A stretch of DNA of 47,477 nt from Promethearchaeota archaeon (GCA_030599585.1 JAUVNS010000024.1:1-47477); one strand, 5' to 3'. Shown: positions 10,466 to 19,748, counted from the stretch's first letter. Numbers and translations: made by a program. Notes: a model not told the origin generated them from the sequence alone.

Positions 10466-11023
10466 TTATTCCTTATACTTATCAATATAAATAAAATCTT
10501 CTATAGCTTTTCTTGGAGGTCTTTGCTTTTCTCCAAGTTTCATTGAGTCAGACAGAACGGGATTTACTGCTTCTGCATGCTTTCCTATTACAACAAGAGC
10601 AATTAACCGCATTGCATTTGGAATCCCAAGAATATCTTTTGCGGAAGTTTCATCATAACCTGCTATTGGATGAGCAACTAATCCTAATTCAGTAGCACGC
10701 AGCATAATAAATGCTGTGGCCATGCCTGTATCAAACAAATAGTATAACCGTTCTCCAATCATGCAATCATTTTCAGGTTTGCTAAACACACCTATAATCA
10801 TAGACGCTTTTTCAACCCAATTATTACTCCCGGATAAAGCTGTAAAAAGTTGTTGTAAAACTTGTTTATCATATACAAAAACAAATCGCCATGGCTGCTT
10901 ATTACCGCAAGAAGGCGTTATTTTAGCCACTTCTGCAAGATCGTTAACCAAATCGCGAGTTATTTCCACTGGTTCTAACGATCTATAAGCTCTCCTTTTT
11001 TCAATAGTCTCTTTAACACTCAT
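10466..11023 (-). CDS. Nitroreductase family protein
   Basis: RRAYR, PSCGNKQPWRFV, DTGMA...A.ELGL. Confidence 0.9.
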   Translation of the reverse strand: MSVKETIEKRRAYRSLEPVEITRDLVNDLAEVAKITPSCGNKQPWRFVFVYDKQVLQQLFTALSGSNNWVEKASMIIGVFSKPENDCMIGERLYYLFDTGMATAFIMLRATELGLVAHPIAGYDETSAKDILGIPNAMRLIALVVIGKHAEAVNPVLSDSMKLGEKQRPPRKAIEDFIYIDKYKE

Positions 11024-11032
11024 GATTGCAGT

Positions 11033-11518
11033 TTAAATTTTCAACTCCAATAATATTTTCTTCACTTCTTTAGGATGTCGTCCCACAGATACTTTAGACC
11101 AAATATATGCGATCTTTCCATCCGGGTTTATTAAAAAGGTACTACGTGCCACACCCATATAATCCTTACCCCTGAAGGACCTCTTACCCCATTTCCCATA
11201 CGATTTTATAACGTTTTTATCAAGATCGCTCAAAAGAGTTACTTTAAGTTTTTTTTTCTCAATGAATTTTGCGTGAGATTCGGGACTATCTGCGCTAATA
11301 CCGATTACTTCCGCATTTAACTTTTGAAGTTCGGGCAAAATTCCCGTAAAACCTATTGCTTCAGTAGTACAACCGGGTGTATTATCTTTAGGATAAAAGT
11401 AGACGATGACGTACTTGCCTTTAAAATCTTTAAGACACACTTCTTTATCGTCTTTGTCTGGTAGACAAAATTCGGGAGCATTATCTCCAACCTGTAATTC
11501 AATTTGATTAACTGTCAT
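11033..11518 (-). CDS. bcp: Thioredoxin-dependent peroxiredoxin Bcp/PrxQ
   Basis: YFYPKDNTPGCTTEA peroxidatic motif, RSTFLI; start placed at ATG 11518 after GGAG. Confidence 0.9.
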   Translation of the reverse strand: MTVNQIELQVGDNAPEFCLPDKDDKEVCLKDFKGKYVIVYFYPKDNTPGCTTEAIGFTGILPELQKLNAEVIGISADSPESHAKFIEKKKLKVTLLSDLDKNVIKSYGKWGKRSFRGKDYMGVARSTFLINPDGKIAYIWSKVSVGRHPKEVKKILLELKI

Positions 11519-11698
11519 TTTAATTTTCTCCTTGTAAATTTTGGATTTTATTCGTGTTTCAATTACAAGAACATCTGAATACAATTTCAATGTTCAGATT
11601 ATTAACTATAAAAGGATTGAAAATGTTCTATTAATTATTATACTTAGAAAATTCAAATATTAATAAATTATAAATTAACCGTTGATTTGAGTTAAAAT

Positions 11699-12319
11699 AT
11701 GGATAAAAGAAGTTTAGGAATATTTCTAGCATTTTTAGGCGTAATCTTTTTAGGTATTTCAGGAATGACAATTTGGAGCATGTTCTTTGATTACGACGTA
11801 TCTAAAGGAGTATTTATTATCTTGTCTATTCCATTAATGGCGTTTAGTTTTACAACTATATTTTTCGGTGTTTATTTAATTACTCAATCAAAACTAGGCA
11901 TAAAAGTTAAAGGATTAATTTTAATAATTGATGGTATTATCCCAATAATCTGTTCGATTTATGCTATGGCAGATTCTCGACTTAACGCAATCAACGAATT
12001 ACGAATTTTAGTTTTACTGCCATTGAGCCTTGCTGGTATATTTATAGTAATTTATGGTGTATTTTTAGTAAGCGCTGATATGTATATAGATAGCGATAAA
12101 ACAAAAAAAAGGTCAAACCAAATATTAGGATTAATCTCAATCGTTATAGGTCTTGTTAATATAATCTCGCTTGTTGTGTTGATTACGACCGCAGGGGAAC
12201 AGCCAATTATTTTATCTTTCTTTTGGTTATTGGTTGGAGTAATTCTTGTTTATTTTGGCTTTCATTTAATCATCAAAAAAATTGAGGATAAAAAAAAATA
12301 CTCAAAAAAGAAAAAATAG
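11699..12319 (+). CDS. Integral membrane protein (about 6 TM), unknown function
   Basis: Six hydrophobic segments and a basic C-terminal tail. Confidence 0.75.
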   Translation: MDKRSLGIFLAFLGVIFLGISGMTIWSMFFDYDVSKGVFIILSIPLMAFSFTTIFFGVYLITQSKLGIKVKGLILIIDGIIPIICSIYAMADSRLNAINELRILVLLPLSLAGIFIVIYGVFLVSADMYIDSDKTKKRSNQILGLISIVIGLVNIISLVVLITTAGEQPIILSFFWLLVGVILVYFGFHLIIKKIEDKKKYSKKKK

Positions 12320-12533
12320 GATACTTACGGATCGTTCCTGAATGGATGCCGAGTATTCTCAACATTTTAAGTGCCAAATATTTATCTATTTTGGGTTTTT
12401 TGTTATGTTTTTCTTTTTTCCAGATATGTAAGTAATTCACCAAAGATTAAATACATTAATTTTCATAAATCTATTTAATTAAATCCCAAAAATTTCCCAT
12501 TTTTTAGTTTATTGCATTCAGGGTTGATAGTGT

Positions 12534-13382
12534 TTGAACGATCTCGTATTGTTATGTTTATTATTTTTTATTTTTGTTAGAGTTATAGGATTAGGAGTTT
12601 CAATTGATTTTTTGTACGATACAAAAAACAAAAAATTTATCAGTTTTATATTAAGTTGGAGTTTCTGGATTCTTGTCGCACTATTTCCTATTTTTTCTAG
12701 TATTGTGGAATCCACTAATTTACAAGAACTTTTTTTGGTTCTAAATGTATTATTTTCCTTACTAGCAACTATTTTTTATATATGGGGATTTTTAAAGTAT
12801 TTTATGTCCGTGCCTTCTAAAATCATGATATCATTGATAACTCTTTTAGTGGTAACGATTTTTTTCTTGTATTTCATTATCGACTACGCTATCTCAATAC
12901 AATTTACTAGATTTATGTTATTAATTGTGACGGTAAGTTTGTATGTTATACCTCCTTTGAAAAAACGAAATTTTAAAATGTATGTGGGAAAGAGTATTAG
13001 ATGGTATATTGTTGTTATTTCAGCATTTTTTATTTATTTCCCCATATCATTTATAATTTCTTTCCAAGGATATAGTTATGGATTGTACGATGCTGAGAAT
13101 TCTCTCCTAATTATGCTTAATTATGTGCCTACTATCAGTACTTCCATATTATCCATTATTTTACTTGTACATCTCGAATATTCGATATCTTCTCGGGAGT
13201 CTTTTGATTTAAAGGATAAGTATTCTCATAATTTAGGAAATATACTGCAGGTTGTTAATAGTTCCTCAGATTTGATAAAAATGAGTGCTAATTTAAATGA
13301 ACAAGAGACAACAAATTTAAAATTAATACAAGCAAAATGCAAAGAAGCTTCAAAATTAATAAAACATATAAGAAAACTGTAA
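12534..13382 (+). CDS. 7TM membrane sensor ending in a HisKA-like helix pair, without an ATPase domain
   Basis: About 7 TM segments, then DKYSHNLGNILQ (H-box-like); stop about 50 residues later; next to a response regulator. Confidence 0.7.
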   Translation: MNDLVLLCLLFFIFVRVIGLGVSIDFLYDTKNKKFISFILSWSFWILVALFPIFSSIVESTNLQELFLVLNVLFSLLATIFYIWGFLKYFMSVPSKIMISLITLLVVTIFFLYFIIDYAISIQFTRFMLLIVTVSLYVIPPLKKRNFKMYVGKSIRWYIVVISAFFIYFPISFIISFQGYSYGLYDAENSLLIMLNYVPTISTSILSIILLVHLEYSISSRESFDLKDKYSHNLGNILQVVNSSSDLIKMSANLNEQETTNLKLIQAKCKEASKLIKHIRKL

Positions 13383-13402
13383 ACTTTTTTTAAACAGGGG
13401 GT

Positions 13403-13768
13403 GTGATCAAAATAGCTAAAGTCTTCATAGTCGATGATGATGTAAATATCGTTTTCCTTTTTGAACAATTTTTAGTGGTAGAAGGACATGAAATTGTAGC
13501 AAAAGCATTTAATGGGGAAGAAGCAATCGAAATCTTTAAAAATTTTCAGGTAAAACCGGATCTTGTTCTTATGGATCAAAGGATGCCTACAAAAAATGGT
13601 ATAGAAACTACAAAGGAAATACTAAGCATGAATCCTGAAACTAAGATAATTTTCATTAGTGCGGATTATTCTATAAAAAATGAAGCTTTCGAGATTGGCG
13701 CTATTGATTTTATAGAGAAGCCTATTGATTTGTCTACCTTATCTGCGATAATTAACAAACACGTATAA
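13403..13768 (+). CDS. Stand-alone response regulator receiver (CheY-like)
   Basis: IVDDD, LMDQRMP..NG, ISA, FIEKP. Confidence 0.92.
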   Translation: MIKIAKVFIVDDDVNIVFLFEQFLVVEGHEIVAKAFNGEEAIEIFKNFQVKPDLVLMDQRMPTKNGIETTKEILSMNPETKIIFISADYSIKNEAFEIGAIDFIEKPIDLSTLSAIINKHV

Positions 13769-13878
13769 ATAATAAATGAATTTCCTTCACATTAGCACTC
13801 TTATTACGATTATTAATGTTTTATTCAATACTTCTTATTAAAAAAATTAAAAATTAAAATTTAAAAACGATTTATTGC

Positions 13879-15369
13879 TTAAGGATCATTACGGAGAGGG
13901 TGGCGTGCGTTTTCAGCATTTTTAATACCATCTGCTACGGTAGGTAATCCTTCAATAGCCTTTCTAATTGCATTTCGAGTTGCTTTATAATTATTAATAA
14001 ATACTCTTTTTCTCGCACTCGCAGAAGGATGAACAAATACATTTACAATGATGACAATATCATCCAAAATTGCTTCCGGAATGATTCCATCCTCAATACA
14101 TTGCATTACAGCCTTTGCAACTGCCGCTTGAGCTGGACCGTAGGTTAAGCCTGCATGGCGCAGGGAAGTAACCTTAACTGTAGGTATCATAATTGTTGGG
14201 GGTTTTATTTGCATATTTGGTTCGAGAATAACCTGAAGTCCCTCTTTTCCTTTTGCAGGATGAGTTAAGGCTCGAGCATATGCTTCTCCGACCGGTCCAT
14301 TTTTATCACCAATAAGTAAATCTATATGAGCGAGCTCAACACGAGAACCAACTAAAGATTCTCCAACTTTTAAACTAAAATCAGTTATTTTTTGAGGTGT
14401 TACGCCCACTGCGTAAAAGCGACTTGTTAGTTCTTTCTCACCAATTTCGAATTTAATCTCTTTCTTTTCGATATATCCTAACTTTTCTAGTTCAACTCTA
14501 AATTCGTCTTGAAGTTCGTACGATAAAGCATCTCCAAGAATGATAGGTCGTCTTGTCGTGCCTACTGGAACTCCCGTCATATTCAAACACTCTTTAACGC
14601 CTAAGGCGCCAGAATTGATTAACATGCGAGCCAACTTTTGAACTTTCTTTTGTAGAGTTTGAGCTTCTTTTAGCCGATTATTTTTCACGTGATCGTAAAT
14701 TTCAAGCCACACCTTTGGAATAACATTAGCAGAACCAAGTATACAACCTGCAGCGCCACCTGCTAAAGAACCTAACACATTTTCGTCCCACCCAATCAAA
14801 ACAGAGATTTTATCGCTTACTTTTTCAAGTAACGCAGAAAAATACTTGTAATCACCGCTGGAATCTTTTATTGCGACAAAATTTTCGATATCAACAAGAT
14901 CTTCTACAACTGTCCAAGGCAATTCTACACCGGTGCAAACTGGAATGTTATACAACACTAACGGAATATCAGTTTTTTCAGCAATCGTGAAGTAGTGATC
15001 GTATAACCCCTTTGCTTTAGGTTTTAAATAGTATGGTGTAACTATTATACAGGCGTCAGCCCCAATATCTGTTGCGGCCTTGGTAGCGTCTATAACCAGT
15101 TTTGTACCGGTCTCCCCTGTTCCCGCAATTACTGGCACTCTTCCATTCGTTTCGTCAACTACGATTTCTATAACCCTCAATCGTTCCTCAAACGTCATAT
15201 TGACGAACTCTCCAGTTGTTCCTACCGGGACGAGCCCCGTAACTCCTTGGTCTATGAGATGGTTTACTAAATTTCTAAGGTTTTCTTCGTTAATTGATTC
15301 GTCATCTTTATTGAAAGGAGTTACTAATGCTGGCATAACTCCTGTTGGTCTAAAATCAAATTTACCCAT
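13879..15369 (-). CDS. fae: Fusion of a DapA/DHDPS-family class I aldolase (N-terminal) and formaldehyde-activating enzyme Fae (C-terminal, ~13879-14370)
   Basis: N-terminal half: PALVTPF, GTTGE, PYY, LYNIP, AIKDSSGD. C-terminal half: VGESLVG...LAHIDLLIG.K.GPVG.A, GPAQAAVAKAV, VFVHP, NYKAT..AI, HP. Confidence 0.92.
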   Translation of the reverse strand: MGKFDFRPTGVMPALVTPFNKDDESINEENLRNLVNHLIDQGVTGLVPVGTTGEFVNMTFEERLRVIEIVVDETNGRVPVIAGTGETGTKLVIDATKAATDIGADACIIVTPYYLKPKAKGLYDHYFTIAEKTDIPLVLYNIPVCTGVELPWTVVEDLVDIENFVAIKDSSGDYKYFSALLEKVSDKISVLIGWDENVLGSLAGGAAGCILGSANVIPKVWLEIYDHVKNNRLKEAQTLQKKVQKLARMLINSGALGVKECLNMTGVPVGTTRRPIILGDALSYELQDEFRVELEKLGYIEKKEIKFEIGEKELTSRFYAVGVTPQKITDFSLKVGESLVGSRVELAHIDLLIGDKNGPVGEAYARALTHPAKGKEGLQVILEPNMQIKPPTIMIPTVKVTSLRHAGLTYGPAQAAVAKAVMQCIEDGIIPEAILDDIVIIVNVFVHPSASARKRVFINNYKATRNAIRKAIEGLPTVADGIKNAENARHPLRNDP

Positions 15370-15388
15370 TTATATTATCCTCTATTTT

Positions 15389-16675
15389 TTATTCTTTATG
15401 ATGTAAATTTTTAGCAGCTATGAATGTCAGTCCTTTTTTGGTTAGAGCTTCAGCTGTAGTATTAACAGCTTCGTATCGGTCGAGAAGATTTACGCGTAAT
15501 GCTTCCCATATTCCCGCTTCTTCAATATCTTTCTTAGTCATGAAATATTCAAGGATATCTGTAGGATGTTCCCGTTTTTCGTCAACATCAACATTTGCTC
15601 CCTCATGTTTCGCACTTACATTCTTCACTTTCGTAGCTAATTCCATTAATTCATCTCGACGATCATAAGGTTGCCTTACAATGCTTTTCCACGTTTCAGT
15701 TATATGGTGCTCTATTCGTACTACATCTTCGAATCCAAACGGTTTTCTTATATAGGCAGTTACTTCAATAGTTTCATTATTGACTGAATTTGCTAAGTTA
15801 AAACCGATCAAAGGACTTGTACCATCTTCCCGGGCAAATAATTTAGCAGTTAATAAAGTCCAAAGACAAGAATAAGGGTTATCATTGCCCATATATACGC
15901 TAATTTTAAATTCGTTGTTGATACCAAGTTTATGGATAAAATATCCTAATAAAACAGTGCCAGGATTCACGTTAAGAACTTGTTTAATGCCGTAGTTAGT
16001 GTAATAGTAAAGAAACTCGTCAATCCATTTCAACGCAAAATCATTTGGTTGTCCAACGCCGCCAAAATACCCTGTAATTGTATCAGGGCCTCCAAGATGT
16101 ATGTTTACAGGCATACCATCTGGCCCAGGTGCTGTTCCTTTTGTATCAAGAGTCTCAACCCATGTTGAACCTATAATTTGCATTGCTGCTGCCATAGCTA
16201 ATAAATCCCCGTCTTCTTCCTGTTCTTTCATGTATCTTACGCGAATAATTCTACCAGGTACTATCTTTTGATTTTCAACGGCGTCTCTTACCATATCCAT
16301 CAAAAAAGGAAAGTATTGACACGCAGAAAGTTCTAATGTTATAGCAAAGTCTTCGTCGAAAGTCATTTCAGACGCTTTATCGCCTAAAATCTTTTTTCGA
16401 TAATCTGCTATGCTAATAAAAGAATTTTTGTCGCGTTGAGTAATCAACCACTCAATATCCTTAACATATTCTGGTTTCTTCTTTTTTAACTTTTCGAGTA
16501 AATTTTCTACTTTACTGGCTTCTTCTGCCTTTCGATTGATCTCTTCTACTCCACCATATTTATCTACTATATTTAAAAGATCGCTTATCAGTGGATTTTT
16601 TTCGTCCAATAAGAAATCGTTTATTACTTGTAATGCGCTATCTGGAATTTTCAATTTTTTTCTCAAATCGTTCAT
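15389..16675 (-). CDS. Hypothetical protein (428 aa), first gene of the aldolase-Fae operon
   Basis: Long ORF with enzyme-like motifs (VETLDTKG, NIHLGGPDTITGYFGGVGQPN, FKISVYMGNDN, EHHITET, SAKHEG); 19-bp gap to the next gene. Confidence 0.85.
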   Translation of the reverse strand: MNDLRKKLKIPDSALQVINDFLLDEKNPLISDLLNIVDKYGGVEEINRKAEEASKVENLLEKLKKKKPEYVKDIEWLITQRDKNSFISIADYRKKILGDKASEMTFDEDFAITLELSACQYFPFLMDMVRDAVENQKIVPGRIIRVRYMKEQEEDGDLLAMAAAMQIIGSTWVETLDTKGTAPGPDGMPVNIHLGGPDTITGYFGGVGQPNDFALKWIDEFLYYYTNYGIKQVLNVNPGTVLLGYFIHKLGINNEFKISVYMGNDNPYSCLWTLLTAKLFAREDGTSPLIGFNLANSVNNETIEVTAYIRKPFGFEDVVRIEHHITETWKSIVRQPYDRRDELMELATKVKNVSAKHEGANVDVDEKREHPTDILEYFMTKKDIEEAGIWEALRVNLLDRYEAVNTTAEALTKKGLTFIAAKNLHHKE

Positions 16676-16722
16676 TTTATCATTTACCTTATTTCTTTTT
16701 TACTATTTTATATATAAATTGT

Positions 16723-16790
16723 GAATTCTACCCAAAGAATTCCCATACTTCCAACTTTCATTGGAAGAGACTACAAACTTAATCAAGTTT
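16723..16790 (-). promoter_or_regulatory. Three adjacent hairpins upstream of the aldolase-Fae operon (candidate structured leader or operators)
   Basis: Minus strand reads AAACUU-GAUU-AAGUUU, CUUCCAAU-GAAA-GUUGGAAG (GNRA loop), GAAUUCU-UUGGGU-AGAAUUC. Confidence 0.45.
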
Positions 16791-16886
16791 CAGTATATTA
16801 TAAATTTATTTGTAAATAACCAAAAAGTTTTAACTAAATCCAAAACTGATACTTTAAAGGATAAAATAACTGAAGTGGAATAAAAA

Positions 16887-18245
16887 ATGTATAAATATAG
16901 TGTTTCAATCCTCGGTACAGGCTTCATTGGACTCTGTTCAGCAGCTTGTTTTGCCGATAAGGATATAAAAGTGTTGGCTTCTACTCATAACCAGAAGAAA
17001 GCTAAAATGATTAACGATGGAAAAGCTCCTTTTTACGAAGCAGATTTACAAGAAATGATGGACGAAATTAAAGCGAATAAACCAGAACTATTACAGTGTT
17101 TACTAGATCCCATTAAAGCTGTTCTTGAAACGGACATTTCAATGATTACTCAAGGAACGCCAATGCGAGAAGATAAAAGTATAGACTTGGGTTATATCGA
17201 GAGCACAGCGAGAGAAATAGGAGAAGCTCTGAAACAAAAAGATTCTTACCATCTAATCGTCGTAAGATCCACTGTTGTTCCTGGTACTGCTCGAAACCTC
17301 GTTGGAAAAATAATTACTGAAGTTTCAGGAAAAATTCCTGGAAAAGATTTTGGCTTGTGTATGCAACCTGAATTTTTAGCGGAAGGAAGATCGATTGAGG
17401 ATACTTTAAGACCAGATAGGATTGTTATTGGTGCAATTGACGATAGAAGTGGTGATTTGCTTCAAGAGTTTTACGAATATTTCTACGGTGATCACCTGCA
17501 AAATTGTCCGATCCTAAGAATGAATTTAGAAAGTGCTGAGCTTGTCAAGTATGGAAACAATTGTCTCTTGTCCACTAAAATTAGTTACGCAAATGAATTC
17601 GCAAACTTCGCTCAATTAGTGCCTAATGTCGATATAGTTCAAGTAATGAAGGGCGTGGGCTTGGATTACAGGATAAACAATCGATTTTTAAATGCGGGAG
17701 TGGGATTTGGAGGTTCTTGTTTTCATAAAGACGTCAACGCGATCAAGGCGTGGTCTAAATCAAAGGGCTATCCTTCGAGATTATTAGAAGCGGTTCTTGG
17801 AATCAACGACGATCAAGCAATTGCAATCGTTGATATGGCGGAAGAGCTTGCGGGTAAATTAGCGGGGAAAAGGGTTACTTTGTTAGGTCTTGCATTCAAG
17901 CCAGGTACTGACGACATGAGAGAAGCACCTAGCTTAAGAGTCGTCGACGAACTGATGAAACGGGGTATTACAAACATAAATGGATACGACCCTAAAGCTA
18001 AAGAAACAGCAGAGATTGAATTCGAGGATAAGATAAAATATGCCGATTCAATTGAAGAAGCCCTTAAGGATTCAGAATGCGCTTTTTTAATAACTGAATG
18101 GGACGAGTTTAAAAATCTTACGCCAGACGATTTTAAGAAATATATGAAAACCCCTAATGTAATTGATGGAAGAAGACTATTCGATTATGACAAATTCAAC
18201 AAAGCTTTGCCATTCAGAGCTATTGGACGCATCAATTTAAAATAA
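16887..18245 (+). CDS. UDP-glucose/GDP-mannose 6-dehydrogenase family protein
   Basis: GTGFIG, STVVPGT, PEFLAEG, AELVKY, GFGGSCFHKD catalytic Cys, GLAFKPGTDDMREAP, DGRR. Confidence 0.93.
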   Translation: MYKYSVSILGTGFIGLCSAACFADKDIKVLASTHNQKKAKMINDGKAPFYEADLQEMMDEIKANKPELLQCLLDPIKAVLETDISMITQGTPMREDKSIDLGYIESTAREIGEALKQKDSYHLIVVRSTVVPGTARNLVGKIITEVSGKIPGKDFGLCMQPEFLAEGRSIEDTLRPDRIVIGAIDDRSGDLLQEFYEYFYGDHLQNCPILRMNLESAELVKYGNNCLLSTKISYANEFANFAQLVPNVDIVQVMKGVGLDYRINNRFLNAGVGFGGSCFHKDVNAIKAWSKSKGYPSRLLEAVLGINDDQAIAIVDMAEELAGKLAGKRVTLLGLAFKPGTDDMREAPSLRVVDELMKRGITNINGYDPKAKETAEIEFEDKIKYADSIEEALKDSECAFLITEWDEFKNLTPDDFKKYMKTPNVIDGRRLFDYDKFNKALPFRAIGRINLK

Positions 18246-18362
18246 CGCTTTAAGGTTTTTATTCATTATTGTCATTTTCTCATTTTATATTTTTATCTAG
18301 TATATAAATAACCAATAATTTTATAGGTAAACTAACATACTGTTAAGAGTAAAAGAGAACAA

Positions 18363-18635
18363 ATGAAAAACATTAGAAAATCAAATAATATGAAATCATT
18401 TAAAGATTCCGCAGACGAAATAAATGAAAGTAAGCCTGTATTGAAAAAATTATGTGAGCTATGTGGGAAACCATTAAAGCTCTATCAGCGAAACTACGAT
18501 AGACCTCACAAATTTGTCTTTATTAATATCGCTCAAGACCCAGCAAAACACTATTTTTGTTCAAAGCGCTGTAAAAACGAATGGATATTTAACCCAACAA
18601 GCGATCATCAATTTATTGATGTAAAAACTGCTTAA
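18363..18635 (+). CDS. Small zinc-finger protein (TRASH/FCS-like)
   Basis: CELCGK...YFCSKRC. Confidence 0.6.
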   Translation: MKNIRKSNNMKSFKDSADEINESKPVLKKLCELCGKPLKLYQRNYDRPHKFVFINIAQDPAKHYFCSKRCKNEWIFNPTSDHQFIDVKTA

Positions 18636-18679
18636 ATCCTAAGCTTAAAAAACCAATTTTAAACAAGCCGATTTTTATT

Positions 18680-19660
18680 ATGCCATCTGAAAAAACTCTG
18701 AGTGATTACTATGATACTACCGGTCGTGAAGATATTTTAACTGGTGGAATCAAAATGATACCTATCCAGACTCCATTCGGTGAATTTAAAGTCTGGACCA
18801 AAAGGATTGGTAATAATCCTACAATCAAAGTGCTTCTCTTGCATGGAGGTCCTGGCGGAACCCACGAATATCTCGAATGTTTTGATAGCTTTTTTCCAGC
18901 AGAGGGATTTGAATACTACTATTACGACCAGTTGGGATCCTATTATAGTGACCAACCTACAGAACCCGCGTTATGGGAGATATCTAGATTTGTCGAGGAA
19001 GTAGAGCAGGTTAGAAAAGCTCTAAAATTGGACAAATCAAACTTTTACTTGTTAGGGCAATCTTGGGGTGGTATACTAGCAGTTGAGTATGCTCTGAAAT
19101 ATCAAGATAATCTCAAGGGCCTAGTTATCTCCAATATGATGATGAGTGCCCCAGCTTACGGGGAATATGCTGATGAAGTCCTAGCCCCTAAACTTAAACC
19201 TGAAGTGTTAGCTGAAATCAAGGAGTTGGAAGCCAAAGAAGATTTTGATAATCCTCGTTACATGGAGTTATTGATGCCTAATTATTACGCTGAACACGTT
19301 ATTCGTATGCCAGTTGAGCAATGGCCAGACCCCGTTAATCGAATGTTTAAACACCTTAATGAGGATATCTATATACCCATGCAGGGTCCTAGTGAATTAG
19401 GTATCCGAGGGACATTGAAAAAATGGGATAGAACATCTGATTTACCAAAAATAAAAGTTCCCACGTTGGTAATCGGAGCTACTCACGATACCATGAATCC
19501 CGAACACATGAAATGGGTATCTACCCAAGTACAACAGGGAGAATTTCTGTTATGCCCAAATGGTAGTCATTGTGCCCTTTATGACGATCAGAAGATTTTC
19601 TTTGATGGATTAATAAAATTCATCAAAGATGTAGATCAAGGAACATTTTCTCCTAAGTAA
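18680..19660 (+). CDS. pip: Proline iminopeptidase family alpha/beta hydrolase
   Basis: LHGGPG, YDQLGS..SD, GQSWGG nucleophile elbow, HD, GSH. Confidence 0.88.
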   Translation: MPSEKTLSDYYDTTGREDILTGGIKMIPIQTPFGEFKVWTKRIGNNPTIKVLLLHGGPGGTHEYLECFDSFFPAEGFEYYYYDQLGSYYSDQPTEPALWEISRFVEEVEQVRKALKLDKSNFYLLGQSWGGILAVEYALKYQDNLKGLVISNMMMSAPAYGEYADEVLAPKLKPEVLAEIKELEAKEDFDNPRYMELLMPNYYAEHVIRMPVEQWPDPVNRMFKHLNEDIYIPMQGPSELGIRGTLKKWDRTSDLPKIKVPTLVIGATHDTMNPEHMKWVSTQVQQGEFLLCPNGSHCALYDDQKIFFDGLIKFIKDVDQGTFSPK

Positions 19661-19748
19661 ATACTCTGAATTTATCCTATAGTACGTTTTTGAGTCTTAT
19701 AAAAACTCATATTGTAAACTCATGTTTTTCTTTGGCAGCTTTGATGTA

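Noticed and set aside
13879-15369. Annotation as plain dapA for lysine biosynthesis
   Set aside because: The DHDPS Arg is replaced by Cys, the protein is fused to Fae and no dap or asd genes are nearby.
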